Shown piece by piece: positions 50,319 to 61,709 of a stretch of 64,000 bases of DNA. Numbering within the stretch: position 1 is the first letter of the stretch; each line of letters opens with the position of its first letter. The notes below the pieces were generated by a model. It ran no database searches and had not been told where the DNA came from. It worked only from the letters and a program-made list of their open reading frames with translations. Location of the stretch: positions 64,211-128,210 of IMG/VR virus record IMGVR_UViG_3300017821_000056. One strand, written 5' to 3'. A program made the translations under genes and the position numbers. This DNA comes from a virus (taxonomy: Duplodnaviria > Caudoviricetes).

Positions 50319-51425
50319 TCATGATGCCCTCGCTCCCGGGTTGCATCTCGGACAGGGACCTGCGTCGTCGCCGTTTGCGTCCTCAAGGCGCCGGTTAGGC
50401 GCACACTGGCCGCACCACGGCACAGGCGGCGGGCCGGTCCGTTCGTCGGCGCCTTGATGCCACCAGGGACCGTCATGCGACAGCCTGCCCGGGGCCTTCG
50501 ATGCGGGATCGGCGGCGACGGCGAGCATCGCCTTGCGCACCAGCGGCCAGGGCCTCTCGCGGACCGCCGGGTCGTCCAGGGCCCGCCGGATCGACCTCGT
50601 GGACCAGTCCGGGCGCAGGGCGCGCACTTCCGCGACCAGTGCGCCGATGTCGGGGGGTTCATCCTGGAACGAATCCCCCTCCTCCGCTTGAACGTCCGGG
50701 ACGGCGGCGGGCCAGAGTCCGCGGACGGGTTCCGCCGCGGCCACGGGGGAGGGGGAATGGTTAAGGGGAAAGGCCTCCTTTAGTACAGGACCGTAACCCT
50801 CCCCATTCCCCGCAGGGCCGGCGCTACTATTCCGTTGGGGTTCCCGAACCCTTCCAGAGGGGTTTTGACCAGCGCTGTTCCCTGAATTGCCCGCTTTATC
50901 CGAATGGCTGTCATCTGCCGGTTCGCCGTTAGGGCTCGGCGATGGTTCGGTTGGGGTTGGGGAGGTATTGCCGAAGGGTTCCAGATGGGTTATCAGGCTG
51001 TCCCTGATAACCTGGGTCTCACGGGCCACGCCGGCCAGGTCGAGACGGCGCACCTCAGTGTAGAGAGCCGCCTTGATAGGCGATGACTTGGATGCCCTGG
51101 CGGATGCCGCGGCGGCCTTGAACACGTTCGGCTGGCGCCAAATCTCGTCACGGCGGATCAGCGAGCGGACCAGCAGCTCGCCGGCCGTCTCGTCGGTCAC
51201 CACGAACCGGGCCTCGCCTAGTTCCTTGAGGCTCGCGGCTACGTCCTCGAGGGGGATGTCCGTGGAGCGCGCCCACCGCTGGATGCGCAGGGGAATGATG
51301 CCCGAGTGCTCGAGGTCGGCCTGGGAGAGCAGGAACAGGTACATCAGCCGCGATGTGGTGGACAGCTCGCGGAAGTCCTCGTCATCCCAGATGGAGGCTA
51401 GGACGCGGCCGAAGCTGCGGGCCAT
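50319..51425 (-). CDS. Replication initiator-like protein
   Basis: IWDDEDFRELS...LMYLFLLSQ N-terminal domain followed by a low-complexity linker. Confidence 0.7.
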   Translation of the reverse strand: MARSFGRVLASIWDDEDFRELSTTSRLMYLFLLSQADLEHSGIIPLRIQRWARSTDIPLEDVAASLKELGEARFVVTDETAGELLVRSLIRRDEIWRQPNVFKAAAASARASKSSPIKAALYTEVRRLDLAGVARETQVIRDSLITHLEPFGNTSPTPTEPSPSPNGEPADDSHSDKAGNSGNSAGQNPSGRVREPQRNSSAGPAGNGEGYGPVLKEAFPLNHSPSPVAAAEPVRGLWPAAVPDVQAEEGDSFQDEPPDIGALVAEVRALRPDWSTRSIRRALDDPAVRERPWPLVRKAMLAVAADPASKAPGRLSHDGPWWHQGADERTGPPPVPWCGQCAPNRRLEDANGDDAGPCPRCNPGARAS

Positions 51426-52069
51426 GAGACACGCGCCCCCTTGCGGCAGTTGCAGGTCGTGCAGAGCACCTGGAAGTTGTCCAGCCCATCGGGACCGCCG
51501 AGCGATTTCGGCCAGATGTGGTCGATTTCCAGCGTCCGGAATACGGGGCGCCCGGCACCCTTCTTTTCCGGCACTGGGTCGCCGGGTTTCCATCCGCACT
51601 CCCGGCAGCGGTAGTGATCTCGTTCGAGGACGGCCTTGCGCAGGCCGCGGGGCGGCTGGGGTGCCGGCGCGCTGCTGACGAGGGCGCTGAGCTCCGCTGA
51701 CGCGATGGCGCGCAGCTTGTCGGAGTCCACGGCCTCGATCGCCGCGATAGCGCCGATGAGCCGGCGTGGCTGGCGTGCGATCTTCTCGGCCTCGAAGTAG
51801 CCGGAGACGAAGGTGTCCAGGGAGACCTCATCGGTGTATGCCCAGCCGGCCGCTTCCAGTTCGGCCAGGGACGCCTCGACGCGCTCCGGAGTGGTACCGC
51901 CGCAGGCGAACCCGTTCCAGCGCCTCGGCAAGGTCGGGAGGAATCCGCCCGGATTCAGTTCGGACTGGGACAGGAGCAGCAGGTACAGCCATTGGGCATC
52001 CGATGCGAGCGACCTGAACGTCTCATCGCCCCAGATCGATGTGGGCAAAAGCCCGTAGCTTCGGGCCAA
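51398..52069 (-). CDS. Rep-like N-terminal domain fused to an HNH endonuclease
   Basis: IWGDETFRSL...LYLLLLSQ; VLERDHYRCREC...IDHIWPKSLGG...NFQVLCTTCNCRKG. Confidence 0.8.
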   Translation of the reverse strand: MARSYGLLPTSIWGDETFRSLASDAQWLYLLLLSQSELNPGGFLPTLPRRWNGFACGGTTPERVEASLAELEAAGWAYTDEVSLDTFVSGYFEAEKIARQPRRLIGAIAAIEAVDSDKLRAIASAELSALVSSAPAPQPPRGLRKAVLERDHYRCRECGWKPGDPVPEKKGAGRPVFRTLEIDHIWPKSLGGPDGLDNFQVLCTTCNCRKGARVSWPAASAAS

Positions 52070-52233
52070 CTCTGGCCGCCTTCCCGTCCTTCGTTGCCTG
52101 CTCTGCCGTACCGGACGAGAGGCGTCCGGGTTAAAACCCTGCGGTGCCGGGTCGCGCCCGGCCGGGTATCGCTGTCAAACCACGAACTGAAACCACGGTA
52201 CCACAACGGGAACCGATACCGTACACTGGAGTC

Positions 52234-52497
52234 GTGACCGCAGTACTTGAAGATGAGACACTGGCCGGCGTGGACGAGAAGACCCGGCAGGCGCTCGAGG
52301 TTGCGGCCGACAACTACGAGAACGCGCCGGCGCGGCTCAAGGCGGCGATCCTCGCAGCGGCCCGCAAGGGAGAGAAGCCCGGCCGCATCGCGCGCACGAT
52401 CAGGTACGCCTACAGCTACGACTACGTGGCGCGGATCGTCCGCGAGGACCGTGACGCCAATCCCGGCGCTTACCGGCGCGACGCCTCCGCCTCCTGA
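52234..52497 (+). CDS. Small DNA-binding/regulatory protein, probably leaderless
   Basis: TACACT -10 at 52222; HTH-like C-terminus. Confidence 0.55.
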   Translation: MTAVLEDETLAGVDEKTRQALEVAADNYENAPARLKAAILAAARKGEKPGRIARTIRYAYSYDYVARIVREDRDANPGAYRRDASAS

Positions 52498-53135
52498 ACT
52501 GTCCCAGCAGAGCCCCACTAGGCCACCTCCCCCTTTGTCGCTGCGTCCTGGCTGCCGTCCCGGCATTGCCCGCACAGGCCGTCCGGCCCGTCCGCGAACC
52601 GGAAACACTCCCGGACGTCAGCCCGGTAGCAGGGATGGTCCAGCGGGCAATTGCAGAAGGCCCGGGTGACGGGAGTCGTCGGCCTGCCCGCAAGCCGCGG
52701 CGGCGCCGTTCCCGGTCCGGAGCCGCCCGCGCGAGGCTCCCAAGTGACCCCCATCACGCCCGCCACTTCTCCCCGTCCCCGTGCTTCATCTTCTTCCCCG
52801 GCCTGCACACCGGGCAGTTCACAGGTCCCGGCGTGCGCTTCCCGGCCGGTATCTCACCGGGCTTGTGGTCAGCCTGGGTGTGACGTCCGGCCCTGGCTTC
52901 GTTCGCCCGCTGGCGGGCTCTCCTGGCTGCGTTCACGGCTGCTACGCCACCTCTTCTTCCCTCGCTGCGTCTTTGCCGGTGATCGGCGGCCTTCCAGTCG
53001 GGTCCTCAGCCGCGTCCCCAGGCCCCTGCTGCACCATCTCGCCCGGGTCCGGGCCCTCATAGAACGGGCACTGCCGCCGGGTCCTAGACCACTCCTCGCC
53101 CTCAGGGGAACGAAGCCACGCGATGATCTCAGCAC

Positions 53136-53543
53136 TCATGCCGTCCCCTCCCTTGGTGCTGCGCTCGTGATCGCCGGCGCATCGGTGCCGTGCAGGAGGA
53201 AGCAGGCGAGTTCCCAGACGGGCGCGTTCAGCGCCAGCGCGGTGGCCGCCTCGGCGGTCGCACCCTTGGACGCCTGCCATCCGGGGAGGACCACCATGGC
53301 CTCGGCGTGCGCGCAGATCCATGCGAGATCCGCGCCGAGCGCCTCGCGCAGGCTGAATCCGTCCCTCTCTGCGGCGGACAGGTCTCCGTCGTGGCCGGTC
53401 CAGTCGAACCCGTTGAACTGGTCATACTCGGCCGGGCTGAACACCTCGTGGCCGGCCGAGCGCAGCAGCGCGGCCCCCTCGGTGAACGCCGGGCGGTTGA
53501 ACTCCGGGTAGCCGCGCATCGGGCCTGCAAGGTAAATCCTCAC
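53136..53543 (-). CDS. DUF4406 (nucleoside deoxyribosyltransferase-like) protein
   Basis: IYLAGPMRGYPEFNRPAF...LPGWQASKGA.AE. Confidence 0.8.
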   Translation of the reverse strand: MRIYLAGPMRGYPEFNRPAFTEGAALLRSAGHEVFSPAEYDQFNGFDWTGHDGDLSAAERDGFSLREALGADLAWICAHAEAMVVLPGWQASKGATAEAATALALNAPVWELACFLLHGTDAPAITSAAPREGTA

Positions 53544-54017
53544 GCTGCCTCGCCTCCCGTCGCTGCGCTTGTTCCGCCCTCGCGGCCCGCTAGCCACGCT
53601 TCCGCCCCGCTGGCTACCGATGGTGCGGGCCGCCACTCCTCGCATCCGCATCCGGGTCTCCTGCACGGGCGGAGCTCAACATCAGGACGGCGCTCGAGGC
53701 CGGTGTGGTCGTGGGAGGAGGCGGGGTCAGCGCAGAGGCACAAGCCGGTCATCATGCGGCCTCTCTCGGGAACAGGGCACCGTCATCGGCTGGTTCAGGC
53801 TCCAAGAGCGGCAGCGAGGAAGAGGCAGGAGCAGGCCAGGCCCCGTTCGCCGCTGCCCGGTCTACGGCAGCCAGGGCGGCCTTGTAAGCCTTCCGCGATG
53901 CGTCGATCTGCTGCTGCCATTCGCGGACGTGCTCGCACTGGGGGAGGTTCTGCTGGAGGTGGTTGTAGGCAAGCCAGAGGCGTTCGTAGTCGGCTTCCAG
54001 GGCCTCAAGGTCGGCGC

Positions 54018-54638
54018 TCATCCGACCCCCCGCAGCCCGGCAAGCGCCGCCAGTTCCCGCGCGATCTGCCCCGACAGCAAATGCTCAGGACGCCACACCC
54101 CTACGTCGGCCCCGGCCGCGGCAAGAGCGTCGAGCCACTGCTGCTGCTCCGCCGTCACCTGCCCTCGCTGCGTCTTCAGTTCCCGGAACAGGACGCCGCC
54201 AGGGCCGCACAGAACAAGATCAGGGAAACCCTTCGGGCTGCGCCGCGCGTCGTGAGTGTGGTACCTGAGCAGCCCCAGGTCCATGACGAGACGGCGTACG
54301 TGGGCGTCCAGGGAGTCCGGGCCCCGGTCTTCCGTCATCGTTGCTGCCCGGAGGTCAGCCAGGGAGGGGCCTGCCGTGATCCTGCTGGATCCGGCCGGCG
54401 GCGAGCCGTGCGCCATCAAGCTGCCGCCGGCCGGGCTCGGACCCGTGACCGCAGGACCGCTAGCCGGCGTTTCGTCCGGTACGGTCACGGGTGCCTGGTT
54501 CCCCGCCACGGTGAACGGCAGTGGCGGGGAAAGAGGGGTGCCGGGCTCCGCCACGGGGGGGATGTGGACGGAGCCCGGCGGCGCAGCCGGACCTGCGGGG
54601 GCTGGGTCAACGGCGGCGCGTCTCGGGCGAGGGGTCAT
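54018..54638 (-). CDS. VRR-NUC domain nuclease
   Basis: YHTHDARRS.KGFPDLVL...FRELKTQRG..TAEQQQW...VWRP. Confidence 0.85.
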   Translation of the reverse strand: MTPRPRRAAVDPAPAGPAAPPGSVHIPPVAEPGTPLSPPLPFTVAGNQAPVTVPDETPASGPAVTGPSPAGGSLMAHGSPPAGSSRITAGPSLADLRAATMTEDRGPDSLDAHVRRLVMDLGLLRYHTHDARRSPKGFPDLVLCGPGGVLFRELKTQRGQVTAEQQQWLDALAAAGADVGVWRPEHLLSGQIARELAALAGLRGVG

Positions 54639-56196
54639 TGCGCGGTCTCCCCTCGCTGCTGGTCTTTCAATTCCCGCTCGTACGCCTTCGCTGTCTTCGG
54701 CGCGATCCCGATGAGCTTCCCGGCCTGCTGTGCCGTGAGGCCCTGATCCAGGTAGCCGGCGAACTCGGCTAGCCGCTCCTTCCGCCCGGCCATCGCCTTG
54801 GCGTTCGCGGGGTGAAGCTCATCGGGGGCTTCGGCTCGTTCCGGGTAGTAGCGGGGGTCGTTCGGAAACCAGTCCGGGTCTCGCTTGTAGTGGTAGTAGC
54901 CGCCCTCGCCGTCGCCGGCGTCATCGCGGACGGTGGCCGGGCTGGACTGGCCCATCGTGGAGTAGCTGACCCTGATGGTGCTCACGAGCCCTCCTCCCCT
55001 CGCTGCCTGTCTTGCCTTCGCCCGTACAGCCAGTAAGCCGTCCAGGAGACAGCAGTGAGACCGGAGATGACGGCGGCGAAGATGCCTGCCGCAGCGCCGC
55101 TCACGACACGCGCTCCAGCGGTATCGGCCCGGTGTCGGCCTCGGCCATGCCGGGCACGATCCCGGGCGCGTTCCTGGCCGCGTCCGTCGCCTCTGGCTTC
55201 GGCTTGGCCGGCGGTATCACCCGCACCGACAGGGAGAACACGAGCCACTTCTTCGCTATGGCCAGGGTGCCCAGGGAGGCGAGGAAGCCGACGGTGGCGC
55301 AGACGGTCTCAAGAGGGTTCACGATCCCGGCCCTTCCTCGTCGCCGCTGTTGCCGTGCACCTTGCAAGCCGGGTCAGCTTTGATCAGCCGCCATGTCGCC
55401 GGGTCCGCCCGTACCAGCCGCCACGTGCAGCCGCAGCCTTCCGGGATGACAGGGGGGCTGCCGGGCTCGGATAGCAGGTCGCCGGTCACGATGCCCTCAC
55501 TTCGCCGAAGTGGTATTTGCCGTGATGTGCCCTCGGATACGGGATAGCCCCGATGACCTCCAGGACCTCGCGGAGCATCCCCTTCGCCGCCTGCTCGTCT
55601 CCTTCAGCAGCAGCGAGGGAAAGGCTGGCGAGGGTGATGCAGGCGCTCCGCTGCTGCTCCGGGGTGACGGTCCCGGCCTGGATGGCGTCGTCCTCGGGGT
55701 TCACGGTGCCTGCTCCTTCTCGCCGCCGCCGGCCGGATCGCAGGCGAAGCGGAACACTCCTGTGGCCAGGTCCCGCGGCGTCTGGTAGATCCGCCCGACC
55801 ACGCCCTCGACTGGCCGCCCGGCATCGGTGACCGCCGCGATCCTGGCGCCGACCTCGAGCCAGACGGCGGTCCCCAGCGATCCGTCCCGCCTCCTGATGT
55901 CCGCCTCGATGGCGAGCACGCGCTCTATGCGCTTCCGGTACCACGGCATAACGGCTGCCTCCCCTTCGCTGCGAACTGCCCTTCAAGCCAGGGCAGGTAC
56001 GTCTTCTCCTGGGCTGCCAGGTGCTCCTCGCGTGCCCGGGCCCGTGCCCGTGCCTGCCGCCAGCCCGCGGCCCACTCCACGGCCACCACCAGCTCGTAGA
56101 AGGCGAGGAGCACGGCCACCACGGCGAAGGCGACGACGAAGATCGCGGCGAGGGAGACCTGGACGGTGGCCAGGGTGATGCTGGCGCCGGCGGTGA

Positions 56197-56883
56197 TCAT
56201 GCTGCCCCCCTAACTGCTGCCAGGTGCTCAAGCAACTGGGTGCCGATGAACTCCGTGTACGCGGGCGGGATGGCCTCCTTGCAGCCGATCCAGTCGGCCC
56301 ACGGCATCCCCATCGCCTGCCGAGCCTCGGCCAGGGTCTTCGGGGCGCGCTGGATGGTGCCGTCTGCGCGGTCAAACAGCCGCCGCCCGTCGTGATGCTT
56401 GCCGTAGACGCCGAGCGGGTTGGCGACCGGACGTGCCGTCGGCGCGAGGATGAGGACGTTCGACTCGAAGATCCGCGGCCGGTGGACGCCGAGCCCGAAC
56501 ATGCCCCCGTGCAGCGTCAGGGTTGCCTGCATCACGCGCTTGGCGGGCGGCACGTTCTCGACTACCCAGGGCACCGGGAGGCAGCGCAGCAGCGCCAGGG
56601 TCGGCGTCAGCAGGTCGAGGTGGTCGTCGGCCCTGCTGCCCGTGCCGCGGTGCCGGTTGCTCATCGTCGTGAAGTGCTGGCATGGCGGCGAGGCGTGGAT
56701 GGCGGCGAAGGCGGACAGGTCCCAGTGGTCGAGCACGTCGAGCGCGTCGGCCTGGATGAACCCGAACGGGTAGAGCGGCTGCGGCTCAATGTCTATGCCG
56801 ACCACCTCGAACCCGGCGCGGTCATAGCCGGTCCCCGCGCCGCCCTGGCAGCAGAACAGGTCGAGCAAGCGAGGCCGGGTCAT
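56197..56883 (-). CDS. C5 cytosine DNA methyltransferase
   Basis: LLDLFCCQGG, IHASPPCQ, VVENV, EAIPPAY. Confidence 0.85.
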   Translation of the reverse strand: MTRPRLLDLFCCQGGAGTGYDRAGFEVVGIDIEPQPLYPFGFIQADALDVLDHWDLSAFAAIHASPPCQHFTTMSNRHRGTGSRADDHLDLLTPTLALLRCLPVPWVVENVPPAKRVMQATLTLHGGMFGLGVHRPRIFESNVLILAPTARPVANPLGVYGKHHDGRRLFDRADGTIQRAPKTLAEARQAMGMPWADWIGCKEAIPPAYTEFIGTQLLEHLAAVRGAA

Positions 56884-57419
56884 GCCGCCACCTCCGGGGC
56901 CTCGAACAGGTATCCGCCGTCCTCCGACAGCCAGACCGTGACACCTGAGCCGTGCTGACTGCGCAGCAGGATCGGCGTGAGCGCCGGGTCCTGGCCGTTG
57001 CGGAGCCAGAACCCTTCGTCGTTCATCCCTTTGTCGCGGGACTCTGCGAGGCGATGCGCCTCGGTGCTGAGCAGGACTGCGTTGACGATCGAGTTCGTCA
57101 CGGGGTCGGAGGTGCCGCCCATGCCGCGAGCGTCCCGGTGCTGCACCTCGCCGCCATGCCTGCCGAGCCACACTCCTGTCGCCTCGCACCGTGCCTGATC
57201 GGGGTCTCCGTTGCCTGCCCTGGTGCGGACCTGGAGCTTGACCGACCGGCTGAACCCGGTCTCCCTCCTCGGCGCCGTCCTGACCTTCTGCGGCTCCGGA
57301 GCGGACAGGAGGGGAACAGTCCGGGACCACTGGCCGGAAGACTGGAGTCCCGTCCGTGCCCTCAGCGGGGTCCTGACTGCGAGCCGGGCGTTCCGGGCCA
57401 GCCTGCCGCCGCGCCTCAC
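56880..57419 (-). CDS. Degenerate HNH-like protein
   Basis: RCEATG...QHR.ARGMGG...N.VLL...H. Confidence 0.55.
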   Translation of the reverse strand: MRRGGRLARNARLAVRTPLRARTGLQSSGQWSRTVPLLSAPEPQKVRTAPRRETGFSRSVKLQVRTRAGNGDPDQARCEATGVWLGRHGGEVQHRDARGMGGTSDPVTNSIVNAVLLSTEAHRLAESRDKGMNDEGFWLRNGQDPALTPILLRSQHGSGVTVWLSEDGGYLFEAPEVAA

Positions 57420-58382
57420 GGGGCATCCCTCCAGCCTTTCGGCTTGCGCTCGTCCGGAAGCTCATCCACCGCACGGGCCAGGTCCCTGGCAGCGAGGCAG
57501 AACGCCGCGTCAGCTACCCCGGACGCGAGGACGTTTACCGTGTTGTCCAGCAGGCCCCGTTCGGCCCGCAGCGAGTCCAGGGCGGCGCGGAGGGCGTGCT
57601 CCCGGGCGTTGACGTACGCCTCCTGCGCGGCGCTCACGGCGACTCCTCCGCGTCCGTCACGGCCACGCCGCCGTCGTACTCGTAGCCCAGCTCGGTCCAG
57701 GACTTTGAGCCCCACCCCTGGATCTGGTAGGTGCCCGGCTCCGTGATGGGCGTGCCGGAGTAGCGCAGCAAGGACGGGAGCCCGCTCTCGCGTTCCATGC
57801 AGGCGACGTCGCACGTCCAGTCCAGGACCGGGACGCCGCCGTAGTCGCGCTGCTCCAGCCTGCACGACGGCGGGTGCTCCAGGTCGTAGTCCAGGCCGCC
57901 GTCATCGAGCGGGCCACCGGGCAGCCGCACCGAGCGGACGGTGAGGGTGTGCGGGTCGCCGTACCATTCGCTGTCCTTCACGCCGCTGTCCTCTCCGGCG
58001 CTGCCGGATCTGACAGGACCGCCCCGCAACCGCACACGGACCTTCTCTGGTCCCGCCACCCTCCGAAGCAGGCGTGAGGGGAAAGGAACACCCGTGCCCA
58101 CCTCTCGGGGTACGGCTCCTCGTCGTCAGGCTCGTATTCGGGCCACTCAGGCAGCATCGGGATCACCCGCCCAGATGTCATCGGGGACCGGGCCGCGTAC
58201 CCGCTCCGCCAGGCGTACCTGGGGGACGGCGGCGCGGCGCTCAGCCTCGGCTGCCTCACGGCGGGTCATCAGTCCGGCTTCCCGCCGCTGCTCGTTGGTC
58301 ATGGCGGACAGGTCGGGACGGCCGTCGCGGTCACGGGCTATGGCGTCGGCCAGTTGCGCGGCGGTCTGCCGGCGAGGGTCGA

Positions 58383-59312
58383 TCATGCCGCCCGCCCTTC
58401 CCCGTTAACCTGCGGGAACTTGGCCTCGATAAGGGCCGCGACCTGCCTGAACCGGGCTCCGTCGATCGTGCCGTCGTTCAGCTGGTCGGCAAGCTCGGAA
58501 ACCGCCGCAAATGCGTCATCCTCGCTGGCGAGTTCCTCGACCTTGAGCATCCACGGGTCGTCAGAGTCAGGAGAGGCAGGCTCGGCCGGGGCCGCTGCCA
58601 TGAGCTGCTTGCGCTTCCAGTCCAGGTAGACGGCGAGCTTGCCGACGCCGCCGCTGGCCGGGTTGCGGATAAAGGATGCGACCTTCCCCGCTTCGCGGGC
58701 CCGCTTATGGATGCCCTCGATGTCGGCGGGCACGGTCGCCTTATGCGCCTCGTCGGCAAACACCTGCGCGTCATGGTCGATGGCCTCAGCCTCGGCGGTC
58801 CGCGGTCCCTGGTTTGTCGGCCGCGCCGGGGTGGCGCTGTCGAACGCGGCGGCGGCGGACTGGCGGCTGCCGTGATCCTGCTGGGCGCGCTGCCCGTCGT
58901 CATCGTCCTCAAGGACGATGTTGGTCGCGGCGGTGAAGGAGTACCGGCGCCCGTAGGTGATCGCGCTGCCGAGCGATTGCGGCTTCTGGTTCACCGGGCC
59001 GAGCGGCCACTCGCCGCTGCGCTCCTCGCCGGACTCGTGCAGCAGCGACCAGATGAGGATCATCTCCCGCCGGTCAGCCGGGTTGATCGTGGGCGCGCAG
59101 TGGAACGCGAGCCCGTGCTTGGCCATCAGCGGGCCCATGTCCGCGACGACATCGCCTAGGTCGGCGTAGTCGTACTTGTACAAGAGACGGTTCGTCTGCT
59201 GGTCTTTGACCTCGGCTGTCTTGGTCTTGGTGACTTTCGGCATCTCGCCCTGGAGCAGTGACAGGGCCTTGTTCAGGTTCGGCGTCGCCGCCGTCACGGT
59301 GGTCTCAGGCAT
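58383..59312 (-). CDS. ERF-family ssDNA annealing protein
   Basis: YKYDYADL, LLHESGE, PQSLGSAITYGRRY, EDDDDG. Confidence 0.9.
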   Translation of the reverse strand: MPETTVTAATPNLNKALSLLQGEMPKVTKTKTAEVKDQQTNRLLYKYDYADLGDVVADMGPLMAKHGLAFHCAPTINPADRREMILIWSLLHESGEERSGEWPLGPVNQKPQSLGSAITYGRRYSFTAATNIVLEDDDDGQRAQQDHGSRQSAAAAFDSATPARPTNQGPRTAEAEAIDHDAQVFADEAHKATVPADIEGIHKRAREAGKVASFIRNPASGGVGKLAVYLDWKRKQLMAAAPAEPASPDSDDPWMLKVEELASEDDAFAAVSELADQLNDGTIDGARFRQVAALIEAKFPQVNGEGRAA

Positions 59313-61258
59313 GGTTTCCCCCTTCGGTGCCGCTCAGGGCCGCCACGAGAGCGGCAAGAGCAGCAGGATCAGAACCGGCGGCGGCATCGCGGAGCGCCCG
59401 TGCGGTGAAGGCGAGCCGGGAGTCCTCGTCATGGTCACGGCACAGCCCGTCCGCTGCCTTGCGGCAGTCCGGGCAGAAGACGAACCGGGCCTCGAAGTAG
59501 TCCTGTGCCGCCTCGAATGCCTGGAGGATGTCCCCCAGGGTGAAGGCCGGGGCGCGGGTGACGACGGGGGCGTTCATGACAGCCACCCGAACGGCGATCC
59601 GGGCGTGATGGCGACAGCGGCATCCGGCCCGCGCACGCCGCGGATCCAGTCAGCGAAGGAGACGCCTTCCGGGCACCGGCCGGTGATGTAGTACTCCTCG
59701 CCGTAGCCCTTGATGCTGGCCAGCCGCTCGTCCGCACAGCACGGCCCGTAGCCGTAGGAGCCGAACATGAAGCCGCCCGAGCGCGGGTCATCGGTCAGGT
59801 CGGTGTCGCAGGCATCGCAGACGACGAGGCGGCCGAGCGGGATGACCGTGGCCTCCCCGTAGTCGGCTGCGTTCAGGCCGTCGGCGAACTGCTGCCGCAG
59901 TTCCTGCGGAGTCGGGTCGCTCATCACGCCGCCTGCCCTTCCGCCGCAGGCTCGGGCTCGGGGACGCAGTACTCAGGACGGGGACGCCACGTGTAGCGCC
60001 AGTCGTCGTAGTCCCACGCGTACCGGCCGCTCGCCGTCATGATCGACCGCACCGTGATCTCGTGCTCGTGGAAGATGTCCTCCAGCGTCACGCCGGGCTG
60101 AGTCTGCAGGGAGTCCCACCGCGCTGCCCGCTCCGCGTCGGCCAGCCGGCATCCGGGGCAGGTCCACTTGCCGTACCTGTCGTAGTCCCAGCCGGCTTCG
60201 TAGGCGTGGTGCCGCAGCACCCCGAGGACCCGGGTGCGGGTGAGCACGTCCGGGGGGGCGTCCGCGAACGCCGTGCCGCAGTGCCCGCACGGGGGGATGT
60301 CGAAGCCCGGCAGCGAGGAGATGAGGGCGTCCCCGACCGGGAAGTCGGGGAAGGGGCGCTTCTCCGCCGCTGCTTCCTGAACGGCTTCGGGGACTACGTG
60401 CATGGTCACCGTGTCCTCGGTGACGGCCTGGGGCTGGGTCTCGGCGGTGCTCATCGCCCGGTCACCGCCCGCTTCACCACGATGACGAACACGGCGATGA
60501 GGAGGATCGACAGCACCAGCGCCGTGGTGATCCACAGCGGCGACAGCACCCACCACCAGGACCACCCGATCTTGTGCAGGAGCTTGAGCGCGATGAACAG
60601 GATCGTCAGCAGGCCCGTGAAGCCGATGCCGCTGGACGAGGACGAACTGCTGCTGTTGCGGCTCATGACGCCACCTGCTCTCTGTACTCCGGCAGCGGGA
60701 TGCCGGGCTGGGACTCGTACTGCCGCAGGTTCGCCTGCGCCGCCTCGTACTCGTTGTCCGCCCAGTCGATGACGCCCTGGGCCAGTTCACAGATCCGCTC
60801 GTAGTTCTCGCTGATGCGGTTGAACCGGTCGCAGGCTTCCTCGTAGGGGTTCATGCCGCACCAGCCAGTTCCGGCTCACGGGAGGCGGGGACAGCGGAGT
60901 GCAGGTTCCGCTCGGGCAGGTAGAACGCCTCGTACAGGTAGCCGCCGCCCAGGACGATGACCGCCCGGTAGCGGCCGTCCTCATCCCACCGGGCGGGGAC
61001 GTGATGCTTGGCGGCGAACCTGTCCACGGCCGCCGTCCCTTCCTCGTCGCCTGCGGAGGGCAGCGCGGCGGGGCCCTGGAGGATGTCGAACACCGTCCCG
61101 TCTATGGAGCGGTGGGTCATGGACAGTGGGGCCGGGGCGTCTTCGTCGTACTCCATGAGGAGGTAGAGGCGGAGGAAGGCCTGGGTGCGGGCTGCGTGCT
61201 TGCCGCAGTCGGCGGCGTGGAGGCGCTTCTCGCGGTCTGTGAGGTAAGGGCTGGTCAT
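59305..61258 (-). other. Small early hypothetical genes
   Basis: Coupled ORFs, including membrane protein 60451-60666. Confidence 0.55.
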
Positions 61259-61355
61259 GTTCCGCTCCGTCTCGTTGCGTGTCCTGTATGCTGTTGACTG
61301 TCCGTTTCGTCTCGGACTGGCCCGGTGGTTGCGACACCGGGCCTTTGCTTTGCGC

Positions 61356-61670
61356 TTAGGCCGCCGCCCTGTTAGGGCACTCATGGTCGGGTGCCCATAG
61401 CCCGCTGCACTGCACGCAGATGACGGCGAGGCGCTTGTCGGGCGGCCCGTCCTTGCGCTTGAGCTGGTCCGGCTGGCAGCCGAAGACCTGGGCCATGGAC
61501 TCGATGAGCGCTAGCCGGGCGTTGCGCGTGCCGCTCTCGATCATGGAGATGAGGCTGAGCGACACGCCGAGGCGGCGCGCTGCGTCTGTCTTGGTCAGCC
61601 CGGCCTGCTCGCGAGCCCAGACCACGGCCTCGGGGTCGTGGTCCAGAGGGTCCTTCGGGGCGTTTCCCAT
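61356..61670 (-). CDS. XRE/Cro-like HTH protein
   Basis: AREQAGLTKTDAARRLGVSLSLISMIESGTR. Confidence 0.85.
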   Translation of the reverse strand: MGNAPKDPLDHDPEAVVWAREQAGLTKTDAARRLGVSLSLISMIESGTRNARLALIESMAQVFGCQPDQLKRKDGPPDKRLAVICVQCSGLWAPDHECPNRAAA

Positions 61671-61709
61671 GCCCTCAACATACTGTGAAGGGACGTGAAG
61701 GTCAAGCAC

